Below, one piece after another: positions 1 to 11,250 of a stretch of DNA of 64,000 nucleotides. This DNA comes from Phoronis australis (taxonomy: Eukaryota > Animalia > Phoronida): positions 311,186 through 375,185 of the forward strand of contig NMRA01000222.1 in assembly GCA_002633005.1 (NCBI GenBank). The letters are read 5' to 3'. Numbering within the stretch: position 1 is the stretch's first letter; each line of letters starts with the position of its first letter. Below the pieces are notes generated by a model. That model made no database searches and had not been told where the DNA came from. It saw only the letters and a list, made by a program, of their open reading frames with translations. The position numbers and the translations under genes were made by a program.

Positions 1-222
1 GGGGGGCTCGAACGAGCCCCCATTTGGCGAAGTGGGCAAAAAGGTCTGCCTCTGAGAAACAAAAAGTCCAAGAAAATGAGACAAAACTCCCCTAAACAAG
101 CACAAACGCGCAATTCACAGTGGTGTCCCCGTTTTTTTTTTATTCCGCTCGCCATTTTTGTAACCATAAGTCCACAACGGCAAAAATTCGAGCCCCCATA
201 TTGAAGGCTGTGTGCGCGCATG
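1..222 (-). mobile_element. Partial MITE (CATGCGCGCAC-ended family), truncated by window edge
   Basis: End at 222 reverse-complements to CATGCGCGCACACAGCCTT, matching the left end of the element at 24902; shared GGGGGGCTCGA motifs. Confidence 0.6.
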
Positions 223-1189
223 CATGACATGACAAATGATGCGCTGAAAAATTTCTAATTTTAGTAATGAAGACGGAGAGATTCATACAAAATGAAAATA
301 ATAAATTAAAACCATGAGTTCCGTTGCATGTTTCAGACACCTAAACTCGGTTTAGTTTCTTATCCCTTATAACTTAATCCCGTCGGACCGGCTCACAGCA
401 GGTCGCAAATGTAAAAACTAAAAATTTATTGATTGACTGAGTCGCGTTTGCCTTCAGTTCTAAGCACAGGCGCTCAAATTCCCCGATGACTCATAACCAT
501 ATATAAGAAACATAAAGGTTGGACACTAAAACTTTGACGAGTCGAGGCTTCCAACTTCAACTGTCCCAAAACCAAATAAAATCTGCGTGCATCTCCCTCA
601 GACCGGTATTGCATAAACCTTCGAAGCCTTTTCTTCCCTTGATCTCATTTAATTGTAGCTGTGCGTGGTGAATTAGCGACAAAACTTTCAAAACAATCTC
701 AAAACTCTGAATTCAAGGACCCAAAATAGTTAACATGGTGAATCCCAGTTGTGCTTTAACTTGTACGCCTGTCGAAGATAAAATTTCAAGTTTGAGCAAC
801 CAACCTCTATATAAAAGTCAAGAAATTCATCCCCAATTTAAATGATTGAGGTTATTAAAAAATCCTTTCATTTCTGTTTTATGTGTTTCTCCTTATAGCA
901 CATTTTATTACTTAACGTAGCATTTAATTGCAAGAACGAGCGTATCTTGTGTTTGATCTCGACATTGTGTGCTCTTCTTTGTTGAAGCACAACGAAAGCT
1001 CGGATTTTGGAGGACATTTCCGATGTTTTACCGCGCGTTTAGTCGCGGTAAATCACCTATCGGCAAATGCCGGATTTTGCAGTAGGCCAGCGTTGCAACG
1101 CCGCCATATTGGAAATGGGTCAGAATGTTGCATTGTGGAAGTCGGTAAACAAGTACGTCGGCAAGCGTGGGGGCGAACCGGCCACAGGG

Positions 1190-1430
1190 AGGTTATACCC
1201 TGTGTGCCTGCGTTCTATAATACCAGTTAGCGAGATAAAGAATTTAGTTACTACCTGTTTCCCCAAAGATCAAGAACTGCATAAAAAATGGGTCAGACAC
1301 ATCGGTAGAGCTGGTAGCAAAGGTCGACTTAGTGCATTCTTTCCGACTTCGTAGCACAAAGTATGCAGCGCTCATTTTGAGGGTGGCAAGACAACGTATC
1401 TTGGAAACTGCCCAACAATATTTCCCTTGA
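1190..1430 (+). pseudogene. Degenerate THAP zinc-finger coding sequence
   Basis: Across frameshift and stops reads CVPAFYNTS*RDKEFSYY/FPKDQELHKKWVRHIGR...FPTS*HKVCSAHFEGGKTTYLGNCPTIFP, i.e. THAP FP..W..CS.HF..PTIF signature. Confidence 0.75.
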
Positions 1431-1705
1431 AAGAAATAGTAAGAAATGCTGCACGGCAGAAGGTAAACCAGAAAAAAAAAAACTTGTTTTCGCTTGACCA
1501 AAACCAAGCCAGCCTGAACAATTTTGAGGATAAAGCCTCTGCACAATCACCTGCTCTGGGTCGACTCACTAAAACGCAAAGTATACATATTAACGTGCTA
1601 AGACAAAGTTCAGAATATTATTATTTACTTTCTACAAAATTGTGGTGCATTGCTATCAAAATTCAGAAAATTGTGCTGAAATCCCAGGGCGAAATCTCTC
1701 CGACA

Positions 1706-2530
1706 TACACATAGTGTACCTAATTATCAGACGGAACCTAAATATCGGACATTTCATAAAATCTTACTTGAAGCATAATCTGAGAATTAAATGACACCAA
1801 TTTTTGTTCCGTTGTTATGCATTCAATGTCCGGCACCGTCTCGTTTTTACAGCGTTGCCTCGTTTTGATTTCACCGAGAGAGGGTGCAATTTAGACCCCC
1901 CAAGTCGGCCTAAAATGGACGATCGCATAAATCGGTTATAAAAGTTGAAAATAAAATCTTTTTCCACAATGAAACCATCTCGTTGAACTGACAATATGTC
2001 ACTGTTCCATTTTTTCATTTGTTTTTAAACTCAAGTCAAACCCCTACCGCGCACGTGCGGGTGTCATATCAAGAAGCCAATGAGATACTAAAAACTGCAG
2101 TGAGTTTGCATGTGCTTTAGTCGTCTGCACTAATTCATCGAAACGACTTGGTGCCGTCATCAGATTTCATTTTATGGATAATTTTGTTGGGAATGGACCT
2201 GTGTTCTAGCAGCATATATGTCAAAACAGCCGAGCTGAAATTTGGCTACAAGGTGCAAGCGGCCATTACGTGGTTAGTCAGTTTTCCGCGGTGTGGCGTA
2301 TGGGGAAACATGGTGTCCGATATTTAGGTTCTCCGAAGGTTTGCTAGTTGAGTTTTTTAAAGTTCAGTCGGAACATAAATGTGGCTTTCAGTGACAAGAT
2401 ATAGTAACAGAACAATTCCGTGAAGGTAAGCCTTTGTTTCAGCAAAGAATTTACAACAGTCCGTAGTATTTTCAATTAAATATAATGCAAAATGTGCCTA
2501 AACGTCCGATAATTAGGTCACTTGACTGTA
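1706..2530. mobile_element. Tc1/mariner-pogo-like non-autonomous element
   Basis: Right end reverse-complements to TACAGTCAAGTGACCTAATTATCGGAC; left end TACACATAGTGTACCTAATTATCAGAC; inner GAACCTAAATATCGGACA also present in inverted copy near 2315-2331. Confidence 0.6.
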
Positions 2531-4021
2531 TGCGTTGCTGCCAGTCTGGCAATCGTCGATAGGGCTTGAATTCTTGAATATTTGTTCGACGCAGATACCG
2601 CAGAGTTCCATGCACATTTGAGTAGAAAATTCTGAGCAAACAGATTTTGAGTGTCCAACTTTTATGTTTTATTAGCAGTGAGTGACGTTAGTCGTAATTG
2701 AGGTAGATAAATACATACCATGTAATCATACTACTGCACTGTCTTTCATAAAAAGAACGTGGTTAGCAATCGTTGCAGTTTCACTTAGACTATCATGCGA
2801 ACACACGATACCATACTATGCATGTGACATACACGCAAACGATGCTCATCCAAAACTTTTACCATAAACACATGGCGCTGCATGCTATGACGCTAACCAA
2901 TGAGATCAGCCTTGCGTTCAATAAGGCAAGTGCTTCGAAGCGCTTCGCGTGATTGTGCTATTGAAAGACGCGCTCGCGGAAAGCGCTTTCATTTTTGGCG
3001 AGCGCTTTTCAAGCTGCATTGCCAACAAAACAAAGATGAAAGACAAGTGTTTTCTTTTAGTGTACATATTTCTTTTGGGATTTTAGAAATTTTACTTTTA
3101 GATATTTAAATTTTTTAATAAATTTTCTTACCTTTTACAACTCTGCATTACGTGCAACTCCAAGAAGTCCTCTATTACAAAGTAAATTACCTTTCGTCGG
3201 CTTTTGGTCGTATGTTTTGTAACATTTTGCGTGCGAGTGCGCAGTTAACTCTCCGTCGACAGCCTAACTATTCGCTGCATTGATATTTTGATGAAATTTC
3301 CCAGAGGTTTTGCTTATGGCGTAACACGTTGTATTAAAACAAAAAAATTCTCGAATATTTGTGGCATAAATTATTTCGAATTACCGGCGCCCTGTTTGAT
3401 TTGCAGTTTAATCCGTAAACTTCTTTTAAACTTCATTCCTGTTTGTTTTAATTAATTAAAAATTGTTTCTTCCCTAGAAATACGGTTACCCTGACGTTCG
3501 ATGACGTCACTTAGGTACATTTAGGTTGACGGAGGACATGATGCGGGGAGTTGAGGAAGGAGTTAGTTATAAGGATGATTAATTTTAGCATGGAGAATGA
3601 CAGGTCATAAGAGTTCAATTAGGCAGATATATATTTTAGGTAGATAAGGGGTGAGTAATAAGGTCAACCTGATGTTATGTGATAGTCATAGTGAGTACAT
3701 TATTTTATTAACTTCAATAAATTCACTACCTTTGCCTTTCCAACTATAACTGACTTAATATTATCATATACTGAGCCAACTTGACGTGATTAGGATTTAG
3801 TATTCCTCTTGGCGGTATCAACTTTAGGTCACTTCATGCTTCTATTTACATTGCTGTTGTACTATCCATTCTATTCCAGATGAAGACACAATAGATATAT
3901 TGTACCGCAAGCTCACACAGAACACTGAAATTGGTAGGTAGGTAATACAACACATTTTTGAAAAAATCTTTCTTCAACTATTACTCAAGACAAGGCATTG
4001 ATTGGGATTACAATGTAATTA

Positions 4022-4069
4022 ACACACACACACACACACACACACNACACACACACACACACACACACA
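4022..4069. repeat. (CA)n microsatellite containing an N at 4046
   Basis: Direct observation. Confidence 0.95.
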
Positions 4070-4761
4070 TATATTTGTGTTGACGGTCTGAATTATTCTC
4101 TGTTTATATTGTTGGAGGCAAAGAGCACTCAAGCAAGTATCAAAATACCTGTACCAGGAAGAAAACCATGGTTAGTACTTTGTTTGCATTAACACATCCT
4201 GTTGCTATACCAACTGCAGAAGCAGAGATGTCAGGACCAAGAGGCGCTATAAAATCACAACATTACATGTAGCTCTACTAGGAGTATCCGAAAACAACCT
4301 CACCAAAAGTACGCTTATGGGTGCATTTTCGGAAAAAATTCCTCAGATATACCCAGAAATGTATTTTCGTTAATTGTTTGCATGGTTTGGGAATTTGATG
4401 GATTAGGCTCTGAAATACATACCGGGTATGTAATATGTTTCGAGGTGAATTTTGTTTATTTCATCAAGACATTATATTTAGATATGGTGATTTCATTCCA
4501 TTAACTATCACTTAACAAGATATTGGGCGAGTTTTGGTTACTTAACATATTGGCACTGCATGAATGATAGTTTTAATAACACAGTTTCTGAATATACACT
4601 GGGGTCTTTTGAAAGGTCATTTTGTGAACGTCCGCCCGGTGTTACATGGAAGTAGTACGTATGAAGTTGAACCTAGCAGTGGACTCTACATGTACGTATA
4701 ATGCGTTGTTGGAACGATATACAGAATGTTAGTCAAAGACAAGGAAATCGTGAAATTTTAT

Positions 4762-4945
4762 TAAGTTCTTAAAATATCCTTAAAAATGTCATGGAAAGTC
4801 TAAGTTCTAAAGAAGGCAAGGATAGTTCTTGAAATATACTTAAAAATGTCATGGAAAGTCTAAGTTCTAAAGAAGGCATGGATAGTTCTTGAAATACACT
4901 TAAAATTGTCATGGAAAGTCTAAGTTCTAAAGAAGGCATGGATAA
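4762..4945. repeat. 60-bp minisatellite, ~3 copies
   Basis: TAAGTTCTAAAGAAGGCATGGATAGTTCTTGAAATATACTTAAAAATGTCATGGAAAGTC-type unit restarts at 4801, 4861, 4921. Confidence 0.9.
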
Positions 4946-6556
4946 TAATTTGCCGTCTTACCTGTGCAACTGGTTATAGATGCATAAAGGAAGAGGAGTG
5001 TCGTAAAGCTTCTTGTTCTGTGTCATCAATGAAATCTTCCAGCAGTAAGGCAAAATACTATTGGCATTGGTCATGTTGAATATTTGGAAAGCGCTCGCGG
5101 AAAGCACATCGTTCATTAGCGACACTGAAGCACTCACGGAAGGCGCTTCGAAGCGCTTGCCTTATTGAACGCAAGGCTGATGAAGGTCATAGTCCCAGCT
5201 CTCCTATCTTTCACCTCCGTGGCTACTTTCGGGGGGGGGGGCAACGGGAACTTTGCATTAAACCCATCTACTACACAGGGCTCCACATAACGAGCTGCAG
5301 GTCGCAAATGCGACCAGAAATTTGGAAATGCGAGCTGAGATTTTTGCCAGCTCGTATGAAGTCACAAAATGCGACCTGGACGTATGCGAGCTGAGTTTTC
5401 ACACTTCTCGGCAGATACCTGACAAATGTAAAGCAATTCGTATGAATCCGACCGCTATTTGGTTGTTTCCTAATCAAGTTCAAAAGAACACAAGAACAAC
5501 ACCCCCGATGACTTGTCAAGTTGTGGCGCAAACATGGGATAATGCAGAATCGATCTTTGATGCGTTTCATTGCATTAACATTTTCGGCTACTTTAAATTT
5601 CCGGATGCGCCTGACCACGGCATAACAGCGGTGTTTCTACTAATTGACCTATCGCCAGGATTTTGAGTTACGGCTTAACTGACCATTTAGAACTCAGCAT
5701 CATTGACACACCTTCGTTTTCAAGCCACCATTTTACCCGACAAACAACACGTTGCCGGGTAAAACTTATTGTTAAGACGACATTACGCAAGGCGGCGGAG
5801 CTTGCGATACGTCAATTCTTAAACCATCAACTTACTAAACTTTGTGGTGAAAAAACATATTTATTTTTCACATAAGATGCCCTTTTTATCAAATATCCCC
5901 AACAATATCCTTGATGTCGCGCTGCGACACTAGTCGGTCCCGTTGTTAGCGCGCAAGCGGTCCCGCGGCAGACGATTATGATTTGAAATGCGCGTCTCGA
6001 GGTCTCATTTTTATTGCAAAAGATTGTAACCGTGAAAACGACAACCCTATTAATCGTCAAACTTTCAGCAAAGTAGTTTTTGAATGGCCAATAAATTCTC
6101 CGCTACTCTTTCACGGTTCGTAGAAAAAGCATACACACAACGAACGTCGATGCCCCCGTTCGCATGATGGCTTCGTTTCTTTTTCCCTGTCAAAACATAG
6201 CTTGGTACCTCCAGTTTCTATTAACTGTCGACTGAGTCAAGAAATCTCCCTGGGCATGTGCCCGACCGTGATGCAGAACCACTACACAAGCCCACAGTCT
6301 TTGCCGTGTGAGTTGTCAATGAAACCTCGGCCTGTTGCTGAGATCTAAATCCGCAGACGCGTATAAAAATGAATTGAATTGATGGCGAGCTGATAGCACT
6401 GCTATCGGGCCGGAGTGAACATAGGACACATAAAATTTATAACAAGTAACAGCAGTACCAGGATTGCAAGGGCCTATATTTAATAATATTATTACCAGGA
6501 CCAACCACGTTTATAATAAAGCATAATTAGCGTCAAAAGGGCTAACGCACTTGGAG

Positions 6557-7120
6557 CTGCTCGCTGGTTCCCTACGCAGTAGCACGCGCTTTAGCATTGG
6601 TTGATGTAACCTCGGCAGCCATTGGTTAACATTATAGCAACGTGAAAAAATGGCGGACTATGAAGGATTTTTAGCCCTGTCATGCAAGTGTCGTAGCAAC
6701 AACTATTTCGTTTCTGCAGTAATGTTTGACAGCCGCGTGCATGAAACACGTAAACGTACAATAAACACATATCTGGACGATTTAACTATTGTGTTATTCA
6801 TACTGAATGAATACAGGACAGTATCGCAAACAAAACTCATCGGCAGTAGAAAGATGCACTCTGAAAAGGCGCCAACCACAAGTTCTGGGATTCACACTTC
6901 CTAAACATAAATTTTCAGCACCGATTTGTCTGTACAACAGACCACATTTACGATTCCTCCATCGGTTATGCCAGTTTGTTTGCGTAAAGCGCTGCTTGTT
7001 GTGAATTTGACCAGCCAATCAGAAACGCCGGAGTATAAAAATTTTCCGAGGAAAATTAAGTGATACATGTACCTGCGTGCTGGCTACCACCTAGCGGCAC
7101 GCAGGGAATCAGCGAGTTAT
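6557..7120. mobile_element. Possible MITE with imperfect inverted ends
   Basis: CTCGCTGGTTCCCTACG versus CGCAGGGAATCAGCGAG. Confidence 0.35.
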
Positions 7121-7469
7121 AGCGGCTACTTTAAAGGCGAAGGCGACCTTTTTTCATGTCACTTTTAGCAAAAATAATGTCTGTTGATTATCCCAGACAT
7201 ATTTTTCACTTAATTACAGCTTTTCGTAATTAAATTAATTTCTCGTCCTCTACTCTGCAAGTGACGTTTTGGGAGGCAAGAATTTCGCGCCAATTTCTTT
7301 TCATACAGTCAGACTGTTAGTTCATCGGCAAAAGAACTGAGTTACGCCTGCATTTGGGCATTTAGGGCCTAGGGGGGAAATTGGAGGAGCACAAGAGAAT
7401 GCAGGTAGCCGGATAGGAAACCTCACAGTTCATTTTCGCGCCTGAGATTTCCAGTTTGGCGACCTAGGG

Positions 7470-7860
7470 CTAGGATTTTCCCCCACCCGCCCTGAGGAAA
7501 TTTTTGTTTTTGCCACTAAAAATCAGCATTTTCCTTGATTTCTGAAGAATTATCAAAGAAAAAAATACTGCGAATATGTGTAAAAGTGAAAACTTTGGAA
7601 ATTGCACCGACTTGAACTCACAACTTATTGGTCAGAGTGCGCGTGCTCTTTTACTGTGCCACCACGCTTCCAACCAAATCCATTTTTCGTGCTGGCATTA
7701 ACCATGCGATTGCTTTACATATCGTCTTAATTTAATGTTTGACAAAAAGAGAATTACGAGTTTCTGAGTGATTCACTGAGGCTTCGATCAAAATTTACAT
7801 CTTACCAACAGCTTCTGTTTCTTCATCGTCACTCAGCTTCCGTTTTCTTTGAAAAATGAA
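7470..7860 (+). repeat. Interspersed repeat, inverted copy at ~22760-23405
   Basis: Long colinear matches to the reverse complement of 22780-23300 (e.g. GTGATTCACTGAGGCTTCGATCAAAATTTACATCTT). Confidence 0.75.
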
Positions 7861-7933
7861 GTAATTTTCTTCATTGCTCAGTGGAGCAGATGGCGAAAAC
7901 GGAGTGGTAGTGCACAGAGCCACTACCACTTCT

Positions 7934-8081
7934 CGTTCAGTAACGCTAGGACCTCGCTAAAAAGCAAGACTTCGCGAGATTACGCGAGATATTGCCGTGT
8001 ATTTTAAATGAGAACACGTGGCTTTGACTAGGTTTTAGCTAGGTCCTAGCGTAGGTCTTAGCGTCTACTGAACGCACGCCT
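7934..8081. mobile_element. Short Harbinger-like MITE remnant
   Basis: CGTTCAGTAACGCTAGGACCT versus AGGTCTTAGCGTCTACTGAACG. Confidence 0.45.
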
Positions 8082-9969
8082 GGTTGCCTAGGACAAGACG
8101 CACATATTTATTGGGAGCAGCATTACTTAGACATAGTTACTGTTTTGATTGCACCGGTTGTCTGAATCGGACACACAAACTAAAACTTGTTTCAGCCGTA
8201 TAATGTTAATTACCGGGGTTAAGTAATAAACTCAATATTACCTCACGCTTTTGCAGTTTTATTTTCTTGCAGCCGCAAAGGGGGGACCTGGCTCCCACCC
8301 CCTAAATCCGCCTATGAACTAAACGTCTTAGAGCTTTCAGCGCAAGTTTACAGTTTTGCTTTAAAGATGCTACGTCTCATTACAACAGTGAATATTTAAA
8401 TTTGTAGCAAGCGCCACCTAGAGAACTGTGTGTATATGTATAATCGTGAAAAGAAACGGTTTGTAAATAAATTGCAATTTTCAATAAAACACTACAACTA
8501 CCGGTAATACACTTAAAAACAAGTGTTGACACAAAAAACATAGAACATAGTAATTGCATATATTGTGCAATCGTAATTTGATAATGAAATAAAAAATAAT
8601 AAAAACTGCGCCTTCTTTCATTAGGAGGGGGGGAGACAAGCTCTTCCCTCTACAGAAGATGGAAATTTTTCTTGCAAAGTAAGCCATCATACGTAATTCA
8701 GTAAAGACTGCGGTTATATGTGCCAATAAACATTTTATTAACAGATGATTTATATTGTGTCCATATATTAAAAAGTAAAATCTCTTAATCAAAATGGAGT
8801 GAAACAGTTTTTATTAATATGCCATATGTGACTGAAATATCAACTTCTGGTTAAGGATTCGAACTTGTTTTCTTGAAAGTTTTCCCACTTTAAATTTGTT
8901 TTTATTAACTTTACGCGGACTGTCTCCATCCTACGCAGAAAGGGAGGACATGATATAACTGATTAAGAAAGCCTCGCATATCTTCAGTTTTGAATTCAAG
9001 ATGTTCTTCATGGACGACCTCCCACCACTCACTAATATGCAAGTATCTTAAAGTTGGAAACCTCTTCTCCAGAGGACAAACAACCAAACGTCAAGAAAAT
9101 CTTTAATCTTCTAAAAAGGCTTTATCAAACACATATTTAGACGTTTGGTTGTTTCTCTTGTTCTTTAAGTTATTACTTATTTAAAGAGTGTTAACAATTA
9201 ATGGAATTGTTATTGAATCGCAATAGGGTAGTATATTGTCCCACCCCTATTATTTCTTCACAACAGTCTCACTCGGTATCACAGATCATATCAGTTCTGG
9301 TTCTGGCATTCAGGTCTTTGTTATTTCATAATCACAAAGAGGAATACAGGGCCGCTCCTTTTTTACATTGATCATGCTCACACACATAGACCTGTCGTTT
9401 TCTGATTGGATACCAAAATTAATTAACTGATTAAATAGTTTTACAACACATTCATACACCAAGTTACAGGCTTCTAAATGTTAACGACTGAAGGAAGATT
9501 TAAGTTTTGTTGCTCATGTGCATGTTGTTTTCATGACGTGTACGTGCAAAGTGTGCTTGCAAATCACTGATCCTTACCAGAATCAATCTTAAAGTTTGTT
9601 TATAAGCTCCTATTTTTGAAGTAATCAACTGGAATGTTATCCTGACCCATAATGGCATTTAATTGTAATGGATAAAAAGTGACATGGGTCATAAGTGACA
9701 AAAGGAGCCAGGAACATCCACTTCAACCCATTACATCAATATTGACATAATAGAATCAAGGTTATGTTATTATGCATCAAAAGTGACACATGGTTTAACT
9801 AAGAACCCCAACTCACTACTAATAATCAAAACAAATTTCTTGTATACTACACACCTACCTGCTTATGAATTTTGAGACTGACAGTAATGATGCGTAGAAC
9901 TCGAAGGTCGAATTTGGATCCGGTACCACACAGCTGTCAACGTTATTACAAGCAATAATTGGTGTGCGT

Positions 9970-11250
9970 TATCATTTTTATGCACCCACATATTTATATG
10001 TGGGTGCGTAAAAATGATACGCTTCTTGGAGGCAATAATTAGTTTCAGGTGATGTATAAAACACGAAGATCACTTGGGGCCGCAGCATCAATCAAATGTG
10101 CCTCAAACAACTCTAGTGTTGTTGTGTCATTAATTGCCACTAGGGTGTCACAGAAGTTGGACACCCACCCACAATCAACATCAGTTAACTGAAATACATA
10201 AGCCAAATTTCACGAAAATCCATTAAGGAACTTGGCAGATGTTGAGGCACAAATAAAAAGCTAACTTAACAGGAGGGGTTGCCGAACTTTTACATGTCTG
10301 AAAACCTACAACAGGTCATGATCACCTCAATAAAGCACATTTTGTAAATCTCGTCATGGTCCTTCGAGTGCTTTGGCAGACAAAGAAGCAAATGCCAAAA
10401 ACAGATGCATAAATAATTAAAATGGACACTAGGGTGTAGACAATAATTTAAATCTATCCAAAAACATAAAGGGGCAGTCACCAGTCTCATCCACGAGTTG
10501 GTTCACCAAAATAGCAAAACAACACGCCATGGAAGTGGATAACACTTTATTTGTGAATTTGTTCAATAATATTTCAGTAAAGAGGAAATTAGGAGAATGG
10601 GAAGCAGAGGAAATGAAGCTCAGTTATCAAAAGCATTGTACTTGTTGCCCCATAGTGCCATGCTTTTCGTCTGTAAATACCCGATGTGGAGAAAATCTGA
10701 CCAATCTAAATAAGATAATACACAATAGCATTTGTTTAGGAAGTAAATATCCGATCATGTCATCCCCTTTGCCAAATAAAAACAAATCAAGATACGCAAA
10801 CAAAAACTAAGTAGCTACTATGGGGGCACCACAACAGTTTGACAACAAACATCAACTGTGCTCATCTCCACAGGAACCCATTCTGCGAAATTTCATGCTC
10901 CTTCGAGATGTTTGGCGCATAGAGAGACATATGCCACCAACAGACATGGTCACTGGAGGGAGCAGAATTGCTTGTAATGGAAGATTTCGCTGTTTCTAAA
11001 GAAGAAACCTACTTATTTGCAAAATTTCATGAAAATCTATCAAAAGCATTCGGTAGATACAAACAGAGGTGCTAAGAAGAAAAATGCCACTAGGGGGCAG
11101 ATCAGTAGTCCAATCCGTCCGCAAAATTTGCTAATGCCATCCCATCTTTGATAGACATATACCTACTGAAATTCCCAAACATTTAATAAAGGAGTTTTGG
11201 AGATACAACAATGGACATGTCACTGGAATTATAGCATAGTGTGCAAACCT
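9970..11250. repeat. Degenerate composite repeat with GCCACTAGGGGGC / AAATTTCATGAAAATC subrepeats; related blocks at ~31370-31670, ~47150-48190, ~57200-58000
   Basis: Same motifs recur in all four blocks; palindrome at the 9970 end; GTGGGTGCATAAA also at ~48176. Confidence 0.55.

Larger units (their letters stand above)
504..2673. mobile_element. Decayed TIR DNA transposon carrying a THAP relic
   Basis: AAACATAAAGGTTGGACACTAAAACTTTG near 508-536 is an imperfect inverted match to CAGATTTTGAGTGTCCAACTTTTATGTTTT at 2641-2670. Confidence 0.45.
2905..5181. mobile_element. Non-autonomous TIR element (PIF/Harbinger-like ends)
   Basis: ATCAGCCTTGCGTTCAATAAGGCAAG(T/C)GCTTCGAAGCGC inverted at both ends; no transposase ORF; TSD not clear. 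Confidence 0.7.

Noticed and set aside
5271-5875. Overlapping 114-115 aa ORFs
   Set aside because: No domain motifs; lie in a CAGGGCTC-starting repeat-like sequence
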